This document shows, piece by piece, positions 8,933 through 17,462 of a stretch of 64,000 bases of DNA; positions within the stretch are counted from its first letter, which is position 1; every line of letters begins with the position of its first letter. Made by a program: the position numbers and the translations under genes. The notes under the pieces are model-generated. The model had not been told where the DNA came from, ran no database searches, and worked only from the letters and a program-made list of their open reading frames with translations. Source of the DNA: an uncultured Alphaproteobacteria bacterium (GTDB lineage: Bacteria > Pseudomonadota > Alphaproteobacteria > RF32 > CAG-239); assembly GCA_910587405.1 (NCBI GenBank), contig CAJUKS010000004.1, forward strand, positions 78,141 through 142,140, in the 5' to 3' direction.

Positions 8933-10270
8933 TTAGAAACCTTTGCCGGAAAAATGCCGCCGCGGTTGCGGTTTGGCCTTTTTGCCAAACCACAAATAAC
9001 AGACAAACAAGAACAGCAAAACCCGTGATACCGGCATCGCCAGCCAAACGCCGTCCATGCCGAACCACAAAGGCAGCGTAAACAGACATAACGGCAGGGC
9101 AACAAACGCGTCGCCGTAAATCAGCAGCGACGAATCAATAATTTTTCCGGTTGCCTGATAATAATAACCGGCCACCCGCACCACGCCCAGCAAGACAAAT
9201 GCGGTCGAACTGATAATCAAACCGTGCGCGGCTAAGGCCGCCGCCTCGCCGTGAAGATTAAACCATCCCGGAAAAACGTTATGCCCGGCAACCGAAACGC
9301 CCGTCATCACAATCCCCAACCCGAAGGCCGTATAATACCCCATATTGCCGATAACGTTCTGACGACGATAGCGACGGCCGCCGTACAAATAAGCGACCAA
9401 AGGCTGCACGCCGAGAGAAAGTCCGGTCATTAAAAGAGAACCGAGAGATTCCACCGCACCGACAAAAGTATACGCCGCCAGACCGTTCACCTGACCGTAT
9501 TTCAACGCTTGGTAATTATGAAAAAAAAGCATTGCAATGATCGACAGTTGGTTGCCCAACGACGGAAAACCGTTGACCAGAATATCTTTCAGATATTTAA
9601 ACTTCAGTTTGAACATCGCCCAGTCAAACCGCAGCTCGGTATAGCCGGTCGTGAAATACGTTAGCCCGGCCACCGCTATCACAACCTGAGAAACCACGGT
9701 CGCATAAGCGGCACCGGCAATGCCGCCGCCCAGCGGAAAAATAAACAGATAGTCAAGCGCCACATTCAGCAGCAGGCCGCCGATCATCAGCCACATCGAC
9801 AACACCGGGCGGCCGTCGTTGCGGATAACCGACAACATCGCCGTCACCAGCATATAGGCCAAATTGCCGACAATCAAAATCCGCGCATACCTTACCGCTC
9901 CCGGAATCAATTCGTCCGAAGCGCCGAAAAGCCGTAAAATATCAACCAGCCACATATAAACCGACACCGTCATTGCCGCGCTGAAAACCACCTGCCACAC
10001 CAGCATGTTGGCAAAACTGCGACGGGCCCGCCGAAGATCGCCGTTGCCCCGCGACTGCGAAATGATAATTGCCGCCCCGGTACCGAGCATATCGCCGACA
10101 GCGCCAAACAGCATCACCAGCGGCCAGGTGACCGCGACCGAAGCCAACCCGAGTTCTCCCGCGCTCCAACCGATAAAGATCGTGTCGACAATGCTGTAAG
10201 AACCGACGATCAGCATCCCGATCATCGAAGGTAACACGTACGACAAAAACAATTTTGTATTCTTCTTCAT
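8933..10270 (-). CDS. MATE-family multidrug efflux transporter
   Basis: 12-TM protein starting MKKNTKLFLSYVLPSMIGML (MATE N-terminal signature). I used the internal ATG at 10270 rather than the track start at 10360. Confidence 0.8.
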   Translation of the reverse strand: MKKNTKLFLSYVLPSMIGMLIVGSYSIVDTIFIGWSAGELGLASVAVTWPLVMLFGAVGDMLGTGAAIIISQSRGNGDLRRARRSFANMLVWQVVFSAAMTVSVYMWLVDILRLFGASDELIPGAVRYARILIVGNLAYMLVTAMLSVIRNDGRPVLSMWLMIGGLLLNVALDYLFIFPLGGGIAGAAYATVVSQVVIAVAGLTYFTTGYTELRFDWAMFKLKFKYLKDILVNGFPSLGNQLSIIAMLFFHNYQALKYGQVNGLAAYTFVGAVESLGSLLMTGLSLGVQPLVAYLYGGRRYRRQNVIGNMGYYTAFGLGIVMTGVSVAGHNVFPGWFNLHGEAAALAAHGLIISSTAFVLLGVVRVAGYYYQATGKIIDSSLLIYGDAFVALPLCLFTLPLWFGMDGVWLAMPVSRVLLFLFVCYLWFGKKAKPQPRRHFSGKGF

Positions 10271-10482
10271 AAACTCACCGGAAAAAATATCGTTAAATTT
10301 TGTGTCACGGCAGTCCCCTTCTCCCGCCGTTTCTCCCCTGTTTAATGCAAACCACTCCAAAAATCAAACCTTATTTAGTCTCTCCAAGCCGATTCCCAAC
10401 GGTTTATTTTTATTGAAAAAGACAAATATTCCGTGTAAAGTGAAACAAATTTAGACCAAACTTTTTACGACTGGAAAATGCG

Positions 10483-12573
10483 ATGGACGCCGGAAAACTA
10501 TGGATGTTGCAGGATTTTATAGGAACCAACAAAGTTTTATTCAGAATACCGGTTTATCAGCGAAATTACGATTGGTCCGATGTCAACTGCAACAAACTGC
10601 TGGATGACACCAAACAAATTATCGATACCGGCGAAAAGCATTTTCTCGGAACTTTCGTTTATATGCCGATCGGCGGCGGCTTTTCATTAAAAGAATATAT
10701 CATCATCGACGGTCAACAACGGCTGACGACCATGATGATTTTGCTGAAAGCATTGTCTGACCTCGCTCAGAAAAACGGTGACGGCTGCTATGAGGAAATC
10801 GAGGAAATCTATTTGCACAACCGCCACTGTGAGGAACAATTCAAAATCAAACTGAAACCGGTGAAGTCCGACAACGAACAATTTTTGGCGCTGTTGAAAA
10901 ACAATACCGATGCCTTGGACGAAGAAGGGCACATCTTTATCAATTATGAAATTTGCCGTAAACGCCTCGAAAAATGGATTGCCTCCGGCATCACGCCTTC
11001 AGAAATTCATACGGCGCTGGAGAAACTGGAAATCGTCGAAATCTCCTTCACCAAAGGAGAAGACGATCCCCAGGTGATCTTCGAAAGCATTAATTCCACC
11101 GGACTCGAACTTTCCTGCGCCGACCTCATCAGAAACTTTTTGCTGATGAACGCCGACAAACAGGAGGAACTGTACGAGAAATATTGGCTGTCTATTGAAA
11201 AAGCCCTCAAATCCGGTACCGATTATACCAACCTCAATCTGTTTTTTATGCAATATGTCATTTACAAAACCAGCGCACCGGTAAACTTGGGCTCTTTGTA
11301 TCAAAAGTTTGTAAAATTGTTTAAAGACGGCGGATACACTCAGGAAAGCTGCCTGAAAGAACTGAAGTACCATGCCGACATTTTTCGCGCGTTTGTCTTT
11401 GAGTGCTCCGACTATCCGGCACCGATACGCAAAATTCTGAAAAATCTCCGACAATTGAAGCAAACCACAAGCTATCCGTTTTTAATCCATGTTTTTGACG
11501 ACTACAAACAGGGCACGATCAACGAAGATACGCTGCGCCAAACGTTGGAATTGATCCTTTCTTATTTGGTCCGTCGTTCCGTTTGCGGCATTCCTTCCAA
11601 CTCTTTGCGCGGTTTGTTTATCTATCTCTACAACCGCGTATTTAAAGTGAGCGCCAACAAAAAGAAATATTATCAGGCTATTAACAAATTTCTTTTTACC
11701 ATGACTTCCAAAGACGCCATGCCGTCGACAACCGATTTTGAAAGAGCGCTGAAAACCAACAACTTGTACGGAAACCTCTCCCTATGCAAATTTTTATTGA
11801 TGGAAATTGAAAACGGCAACGGCAAAGAAACTCTCAATACCGAAACTCTGACGATTGAACACATCATGCCGCAGGCCTTGAGCTCCGACTGGAAACATAT
11901 TTCCGACCAAGATCATGAACAGTATCTGCATACGCTGGGAAATTTGTCGGTTTCGGGTTATAATTCGGAACTGTCAAACAAAAGCTTTTCCGAAAAGAAA
12001 AAGATCATTGCCGAAAACTCCAAAGCGGTTATCCTCAACAGCGACGTTCTGAGTAAAGACAGTTGGAATATTGACAGCATTAAAAGCCGTTCCGGCCGCC
12101 TGGCACAAATCCTGATGCAAAAATATGATATCGAACGCGTTACCGACGACAGTATTGAGTTTGATGTTGTCAATACGATTACGCTTAATGATTACAGCGA
12201 CGTTACCGGCAAAAAACTGGTTACTTTCAAATTTGACCGAGAAATCTACCGGCAAAACAAATACGCTCTGATGCTGTTGGAAATGGTACGGATCTTGGAT
12301 CAACGACATCCCGGCATTTTGGAGCAGCTGGCCCGACAGAACTTTTCCCTCAACCCCAGATGCAAACGTTGCTATCTCAGCTGCAAACGCGACAATATGT
12401 GCTCGCCGTACGAAATTGAGCAAAAACCCGGAATTTTCATCGAATTGAATCTGTCATCCCAAAATGTGATGAGCTTCATCGATAAACTGCTGGAACAATA
12501 CGGAGAAGACAAATCGTCTTTTTCGATCAACGTCATCGCCGAAGAAACCGACGATACCGATACCGAGGAATAA
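10483..12573 (+). CDS. DUF262/DUF1524 nuclease (GmrSD / BrxU / SspE-like type IV restriction family)
   Basis: The N-terminal DUF262 has FRIPVYQRNYDW and IIDGQQRLTT, the middle has FESINSTGLELSCADLIRNFLL, and the DUF1524 His-Me finger has TIEHIMPQ..W..LHTLGNLSVSGYNSELSNKSF. It ends 45 nt before cas1 with no terminator between them. Confidence 0.85.
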   Translation: MDAGKLWMLQDFIGTNKVLFRIPVYQRNYDWSDVNCNKLLDDTKQIIDTGEKHFLGTFVYMPIGGGFSLKEYIIIDGQQRLTTMMILLKALSDLAQKNGDGCYEEIEEIYLHNRHCEEQFKIKLKPVKSDNEQFLALLKNNTDALDEEGHIFINYEICRKRLEKWIASGITPSEIHTALEKLEIVEISFTKGEDDPQVIFESINSTGLELSCADLIRNFLLMNADKQEELYEKYWLSIEKALKSGTDYTNLNLFFMQYVIYKTSAPVNLGSLYQKFVKLFKDGGYTQESCLKELKYHADIFRAFVFECSDYPAPIRKILKNLRQLKQTTSYPFLIHVFDDYKQGTINEDTLRQTLELILSYLVRRSVCGIPSNSLRGLFIYLYNRVFKVSANKKKYYQAINKFLFTMTSKDAMPSTTDFERALKTNNLYGNLSLCKFLLMEIENGNGKETLNTETLTIEHIMPQALSSDWKHISDQDHEQYLHTLGNLSVSGYNSELSNKSFSEKKKIIAENSKAVILNSDVLSKDSWNIDSIKSRSGRLAQILMQKYDIERVTDDSIEFDVVNTITLNDYSDVTGKKLVTFKFDREIYRQNKYALMLLEMVRILDQRHPGILEQLARQNFSLNPRCKRCYLSCKRDNMCSPYEIEQKPGIFIELNLSSQNVMSFIDKLLEQYGEDKSSFSINVIAEETDDTDTEE

Positions 12574-12618
12574 ACGTCAAAACAATACCGATACAAAATA
12601 TAACCACAGGCCACCCTA

Positions 12619-13557
12619 ATGGATCGACAAATTATCGAAATATCAAACGACGGATTTAACCTTTCGCTCTACCGGGGATTTCTGGTGGTGGAAAACAAAA
12701 ATCAAGGATTAAAGTCCGAAATCCCTTTGGATAATATCTTGGCTTTGATCCTGTCGGCAAACAATGTATCCGTCACCAAAAATATAATCAACGCCATTGC
12801 CGAACAGGGCGGAAATATCATATTCTGCGACAAAAATTACCTTCCGTCAGCTCTCACCACCCCCTATACCGGCCACTGGCTGATCTCCTCACGGGTACGC
12901 CGACAAATAGATTGCTCCAAACCGCTGCAAAAAAATTTGTGGAAAAGCATTGTTCAAAATAAAATCTTTAATCAAGCCAAGATACTGGAATATTTCTTTC
13001 CCCAACATCCGCGCTTGGCCCGGCTCAAGCAACTGGCGCGTGAGACGCTCAGTAACGACGCTAAAAACAATGAAGGTACCGCCGCGGCAATTTATTTCAA
13101 ATCTTTGTTCGGAAAAAACTTTGTTCGAGACCGCTTAGGCAACAATGCCAACATTCTGCTCAACTATACTTATATCGTTTTGCGGGCCATGGTGGCGCGT
13201 TCGATTGCCGGCAACGGATTGTTGCCCTATTTGGGGCTGAAACATTGCACCAAATCAAATCCGCTGCCGTTGGTCGACGATTTAATCGAGCCTTTCCGCG
13301 CCATCGCCGACAAAATCGTGTTTGAACAACTCAATCAACTGGTTAACATCGAACAAATCGAATTGACTCCCGAAATAAAAAGAAACTTAACCAAAATTAT
13401 TACTTTTCCGGTTTTAACCGGCAAGGGATGCGTTTCCCTCAGTGAAGGAATTAATGACTTTGTAAGCAGCTTGGTCACAAGCTTCGAACTCAAAAAAGTG
13501 GTCCTGCAATACCCAACCATCCAATTACAGGAGTTGTCAAAACGGCTTCCTGATTAA
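12619..13557 (+). CDS. cas1: CRISPR-associated endonuclease Cas1, type II-C like
   Basis: 312 aa with motifs NNEGTAAAIYFKSLFG, LNYTYIVLRAMVAR and DLIEPFR, typical of type II Cas1. The stop codon lies inside a degenerate CRISPR repeat. Confidence 0.92.
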   Translation: MDRQIIEISNDGFNLSLYRGFLVVENKNQGLKSEIPLDNILALILSANNVSVTKNIINAIAEQGGNIIFCDKNYLPSALTTPYTGHWLISSRVRRQIDCSKPLQKNLWKSIVQNKIFNQAKILEYFFPQHPRLARLKQLARETLSNDAKNNEGTAAAIYFKSLFGKNFVRDRLGNNANILLNYTYIVLRAMVARSIAGNGLLPYLGLKHCTKSNPLPLVDDLIEPFRAIADKIVFEQLNQLVNIEQIELTPEIKRNLTKIITFPVLTGKGCVSLSEGINDFVSSLVTSFELKKVVLQYPTIQLQELSKRLPD

Positions 13558-14361
13558 GCGGGGATAAAATGACACCATTTGACAGGCCTCATACCAGCTG
13601 GTTATAATTGACTGTCTGATTAATCTCTGATAAAATCCCGTTATCAAAAAAAGCCTTCTGCATCGTGTTATAATTGACCGTCTGATTAATCTCTGATAAA
13701 ATAGCACCTACAACCGGTATATCGGTTCCTTCGTTATAATTGACCGTCTGATTAATCTCTGATAAAATTAATCTCCTGTTATTTCATTAAAACGCTGAGT
13801 TATAATTGACCGTCTGATTAATCTCTGATAAAATCAGCCGCATTACGACCTTTCATCTTTTTTAGTTATAATTGACCGTCTGATTAATCTCTGATAAAAT
13901 CCTTTCTACAAGCCCTTAAAAGGCCCTACAGTTATAATTGACCGTCTGATTAATCTCTGATAAAATGCGTCCGTATTTGCGGTACGTCTGCGTGCTGTTA
14001 TAATTGACCGTCTGATTAATCTCTGATAAAATCTCGCAAAGCATATATTCGTGAGCAGACTGTTATAATTGACCGTCTGATTAATCTCTGATAAAATATA
14101 TTTGTGATGGATTACCACCACCATTTAGTTATAATTGACCGTCTGATTAATCTCTGATAAAATGCTACCGATGCCCGAACCAAGACCACTCATGTTATAA
14201 TTGACCGTCTGATTAATCTCTGATAAAATGACGACTGAAATGTCGACCGTGGCTTTTTTGTTATAATTGACCGTCTGATTAATCTCTGATAAAATAAGTT
14301 CCCTATCTAATTCTAATGTAAAATAGTTATAATTGACCGTCTGATTAATCTCTGATAAAAT
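13535..14361 (+). CRISPR. Type II-C CRISPR array with 13 repeats and 12 spacers. The crRNA sense strand is +.
   Basis: The 36-nt repeat is GTTATAATTGACCGTCTGATTAATCTCTGATAAAAT. Eleven copies are identical (13667-14361). One is a C>T variant (13601-13636). One is degenerate, with 22/36 matches (13535-13570). Spacers are 29-30 nt and all unique. Polarity is inferred from the tracrRNA anti-repeat and from the TGATAAAAT extended -10 at each repeat's 3' end. Confidence 0.97.
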
Positions 14362-14369
14362 CTCTCATT

Positions 14370-14410
14370 AAGTAATGCCTTGAAATAGAACACATTTCAA
14401 GGCATTACTT
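14370..14410. terminator. Bidirectional hairpin between the last repeat and the cas2 stop
   Basis: Perfect 17-bp inverted repeat AAGTAATGCCTTGAAAT / ATTTCAAGGCATTACTT with a 7-nt loop. Confidence 0.6.
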
Positions 14411-14436
14411 GAGAATAAAATCATTAAAAAACCCGG

Positions 14437-14757
14437 CTAAAACAACAACAATTGCCCATTTTTTTCGCGAACATCTTCCTCATTTTCTTCGCAATTCTTC
14501 CCAAGATAATTTTCAGTCATCAAATACTGCTTATCCGTAATATACAAAAAAGATATTGAGGAATTGTCCGGAATAAACTTTGACAATTTCCGCGTTACCG
14601 TTTGTCCGACGTTTAAACTCTTTACCGGTTTGATATAAACCGAGAATTGCTTCATCACAAAACCTTCGTCCAACAGCAAATTGCGGAAACGCGTTGCTTT
14701 ACGCATTTCGGTTTTGGTCCGCACCGGAATATCAAACATACAGATAATCCACATCAT
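14437..14757 (-). CDS. cas2: CRISPR-associated endoribonuclease Cas2 (type II)
   Basis: 106 aa, with N-terminus WIICMFDIPVRTKTEMRKATRFRNLLLDEGFVMKQFSVYIKP, typical of type II Cas2. Confidence 0.9.
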   Translation of the reverse strand: MMWIICMFDIPVRTKTEMRKATRFRNLLLDEGFVMKQFSVYIKPVKSLNVGQTVTRKLSKFIPDNSSISFLYITDKQYLMTENYLGKNCEENEEDVREKNGQLLLF

Positions 14758-14768
14758 CGACCAACCGG

Positions 14769-16634
14769 TTAAAGTTTCAAGTCGCTGCCGCCCTTGGCTT
14801 GCGGAATGATGTGCTCAATCTCAACACCGATAAACCTATGATCAATGCTCAGGGTCGGATTGTAAGCGTCTTTCCTGCCTTGCTCTTTGGCCAGTTTGTA
14901 TTTTAAAATATTTTTATTGTTAACATACAATTTATGCTGCTGCAGATACATCCTCGCTTCGTCATTGAGCTTTTCATTCAAACGCTGCCTTTGTTCCAGT
15001 TCAGTTTTCTTCTTTGCCGACAAACCGATATCACGGCCCAACTCAATGTTAATATCATAAGGGCGTCCGTAAATGCGGATAATATCGTTAACCACCAACC
15101 GGATTTGATTGAGAATCATGTGAACGGCCGGGTTGGCAATCTTACCCCATTTAACTTCGTCTTTATCCAAACCGGGATTGTTTTTAATCAGCAACGGCGG
15201 CAACGGCTGAGTATCATTTTGCAAAATTTCGCCGTAATACGGAAGTTGCAGATATTTTCCCTGCTTTGCCCGCACCACTTCTTCTTCCGCCAAAAACCGC
15301 GGATCGGTCTTTGCCAGCGCATCGGTGACTTCGCGATGAGACAGCACGTTTTGCTTCATTTGCTCCAAAATCAGTTTGGAGGCCGTTTGTCCAAGCATCC
15401 CTCTTCCTTTGGGAAGTTTGGTTAAAAGCGCACCGATTTCTTTTTCATCGTCAATTTTGAAAATAGGTTTGAGGTGCTCAATTAAAGCGTCCTCACTGTA
15501 CAAACGCCCGTTTTTGTCGTCCGGATTTTTGGGTTCGGCCAAAAAGTCGACAAAGGTCGCCAACTCCTTTTCCGACAAATTTTTCAGATATTCTATGTCG
15601 GCAAATTCCGGCCGCGCATATAAATAGGCTTTGATCACCCGGTCGTCCAACAAAGAAATTTTCTGTTGTGCCGAAAGACCCAAGGTCTTCTTAATCGACT
15701 GTTTTCCGGCATTTATACCTTTCAATAAAAGCTCATTGACAATTTTGTCACGCTCTTCCAGGCTCAAACGGCGTTTATCGGTATCGCTGATCACCCGGAC
15801 ATTGTTAACTTCTTCGTATATCCGCCGCATTTCTGCAAGCGGGTGCGCTTTTAACAGGCGTTCTTCTTCTCTGAAATAAATACATTTTCCGGTCGCATAA
15901 GGCATCGGCGGCCGTTCATAAAACAAAATGTCGTAAATTTCTTTTTTGAGGCCGTCCTTTTGCATCTGTTTAAAATATTGGGCCTGCCGATCCCATATTT
16001 GGTTAAACTCGTCTTTCACCAGATAACGGGGAATCGCATAATCGACGATATTTTTTTCCAAAGCGTATTTTCTTTGCCGGATAATCCGATTTTGCGGATT
16101 TTCTTTTTCTTGGAGACGCTGATAAAAAAAGGCGCCGATCGTTTTTGAACCGGTATCTTTCAAATATTGTACCATCCGGTCATATGAAGATTTCTTAATC
16201 TTAGATTTTTCGCCTTCTTCCAGAACTTCTTCCGACAACTCCTCCGCCGCCGAAACAAAACCGGCGCCGCGATGCTTGGCCATATGCAAGATCGCCCGAC
16301 CGATGTAATTTTGATTTTCCAACTTGCCGTACAGGGCATCATGACGAATTTTATAAGGAGACTTTGCTTTCAATCGGTCGGTTCCTTCCGGGGTTTCGTT
16401 CACCCACAGATTGTTTTCAAAAAGCTTTTTGGCCAACAATTCCAACCTTTTACGCGTACGAACCAAATTTTTGCGTGCTGTTTTTTTAAGGCGCCGTTCT
16501 TCTGCCCCTTCCGAAATTTCAAAAATACGTACCCCGCCGTCAATAATATCTTTAGCAAGGTTGTTCTGATCCAGTTCAATCAAGCCGCTTCCGATTGAAC
16601 TCTCTCCCAAATCAAGATTAAGACGATACTTCAT
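14769..16634 (-). CDS. cas9: Cas9 N-terminal fragment of 621 aa. It has RuvC-I, bridge helix, REC, RuvC-II and the first HNH strand only. It is truncated relative to all known Cas9 and is probably a pseudogene.
   Basis: Motifs present are LNLDLGESSIGSG (RuvC-I), RRLKKTARKNLVRTRKRLE (Arg-rich helix), INIELGRD (RuvC-II) and VEIEHIIPQAKGGSD (HNH His), followed by LKL-stop. Nothing is encoded before the cas2 ATG, 12 nt downstream, for the rest of HNH, RuvC-III or the PAM-interacting domain. Confidence 0.85.
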   Translation of the reverse strand: MKYRLNLDLGESSIGSGLIELDQNNLAKDIIDGGVRIFEISEGAEERRLKKTARKNLVRTRKRLELLAKKLFENNLWVNETPEGTDRLKAKSPYKIRHDALYGKLENQNYIGRAILHMAKHRGAGFVSAAEELSEEVLEEGEKSKIKKSSYDRMVQYLKDTGSKTIGAFFYQRLQEKENPQNRIIRQRKYALEKNIVDYAIPRYLVKDEFNQIWDRQAQYFKQMQKDGLKKEIYDILFYERPPMPYATGKCIYFREEERLLKAHPLAEMRRIYEEVNNVRVISDTDKRRLSLEERDKIVNELLLKGINAGKQSIKKTLGLSAQQKISLLDDRVIKAYLYARPEFADIEYLKNLSEKELATFVDFLAEPKNPDDKNGRLYSEDALIEHLKPIFKIDDEKEIGALLTKLPKGRGMLGQTASKLILEQMKQNVLSHREVTDALAKTDPRFLAEEEVVRAKQGKYLQLPYYGEILQNDTQPLPPLLIKNNPGLDKDEVKWGKIANPAVHMILNQIRLVVNDIIRIYGRPYDINIELGRDIGLSAKKKTELEQRQRLNEKLNDEARMYLQQHKLYVNNKNILKYKLAKEQGRKDAYNPTLSIDHRFIGVEIEHIIPQAKGGSDLKL

Positions 16635-16689
16635 AAGTCACTCTCACTTTAATTGTAGTAAATAATATTTAACAATTTATAATAATAAG

Positions 16690-16719
16690 ATTGACATTTC
16701 AACGAAAATATAATTATAC
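16690..16719 (+). promoter_or_regulatory. Sigma70-type promoter for the tracrRNA
   Basis: TTGACA (16690-16695), an 18-nt spacer, then TATACT (16714-16719). It is divergent from the cas9 start. Confidence 0.6.
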
Positions 16720-16725
16720 TGAAAG

Positions 16726-16832
16726 TGATATATGTTTTGATATATTTTCAGAGATTAATCAGACGGTCAATGCATATATAATAAGGCTGAAAATGCCGTA
16801 AAATGAGGGGGCAATCCGTTGCCCCCATTATT
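16726..16832 (+). ncRNA. tracrRNA
   Basis: The anti-repeat CAGAGATTAATCAGACGGTCAAT (16748-16770) is the exact reverse complement of repeat nt 7-29. It is followed by a nexus-like AAGGCTGAAAATGCCG and the terminal hairpin GGGGGCAA-TCCG-TTGCCCCC. The 5' and 3' ends are inferred. Confidence 0.85.
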
Positions 16833-17027
16833 GTGTCCAGAAAATAACTCATTACAAAAACAATTGGTTACAGAAACGCTTCACTCAATCGCTACGCTAC
16901 GTTCATGGGCATATGCCAACCACCTACTCCGTCTGGCTTTCGCTTGCACGGAACCTGCTTTTTCGCAAATTTAAAATCGCCATTTTTCACATAAAAAACC
17001 GTCCTTAAAAGGACGGTTTTTTATTTT

Positions 17028-17104
<77 letters not shown>

Positions 17105-17192
17105 ATAAATGTCTGTTGCGCTCTGTCGGCGCTCAAGACAGTGCATACATACGCTTTTTATAAGGCGATGTCAAGCTTTAAAAACAACTTTT

Positions 17193-17261
17193 CTAAAAAA
17201 ACAGAGAAATCACCACCGCAAAAATAAAAACCGCAATCACAATCCAATGCCACAACTTCAT
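17193..17261 (-). CDS. 22-aa hydrophobic peptide (MKLWHWIVIAVFIFAVVISLFF)
   Basis: Hand-found ORF, too short for the track. The RBS AAGGGGA sits 6 nt upstream. It is 13 nt downstream of the preceding small ORF. Confidence 0.4.
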   Translation of the reverse strand: MKLWHWIVIAVFIFAVVISLFF

Positions 17262-17274
17262 ATTGTTCCCCTTA

Positions 17275-17352
17275 TCAGTTAAACAGTGCCAACGACAAGG
17301 CAATCAACAACACGATAACCGCGGCAATTTTCCAGTGTTTTTGTTCCCACAT
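17275..17352 (-). CDS. 25-aa single-TM peptide (MWEQKHWKIAAVIVLLIALSLALFN)
   Basis: Hand-found ORF with a GAGGGA RBS, downstream of pgpA on the same strand. Confidence 0.4.
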   Translation of the reverse strand: MWEQKHWKIAAVIVLLIALSLALFN

Positions 17353-17462
17353 TTCCGTGTTCCCTCGCCGATACGTTAATTCTTGTTTTTATATATGCCG
17401 TAACACCGGCATAACAAGTCCCGTATCAAACTTTTTGAAAACGCCCCGATTCTTACAGCCGT

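Noticed and set aside
13571-14325. Self-targeting: I checked by eye whether any of the 12 spacers matches another part of this window, for example the accessory loci at 35.8-43 kb or 47.8-52.3 kb.
   Set aside because: I noticed no match, but the check was not exhaustive. A BLASTN of the spacers against the full genome and viral or plasmid databases is required.
12000-14830. The idea that the Cas9 fragment and the DUF262/DUF1524 protein are reciprocal chimeras formed by recombination at their similar IEHI(I/M)PQA motifs.
   Set aside because: The 696-aa protein continues after the motif with a canonical DUF1524 sequence (LHTLGNLSVSGYNSELSNKSF) and has normal GmrSD length. The Cas9 ORF simply terminates. 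Neither product contains sequence from the other family.
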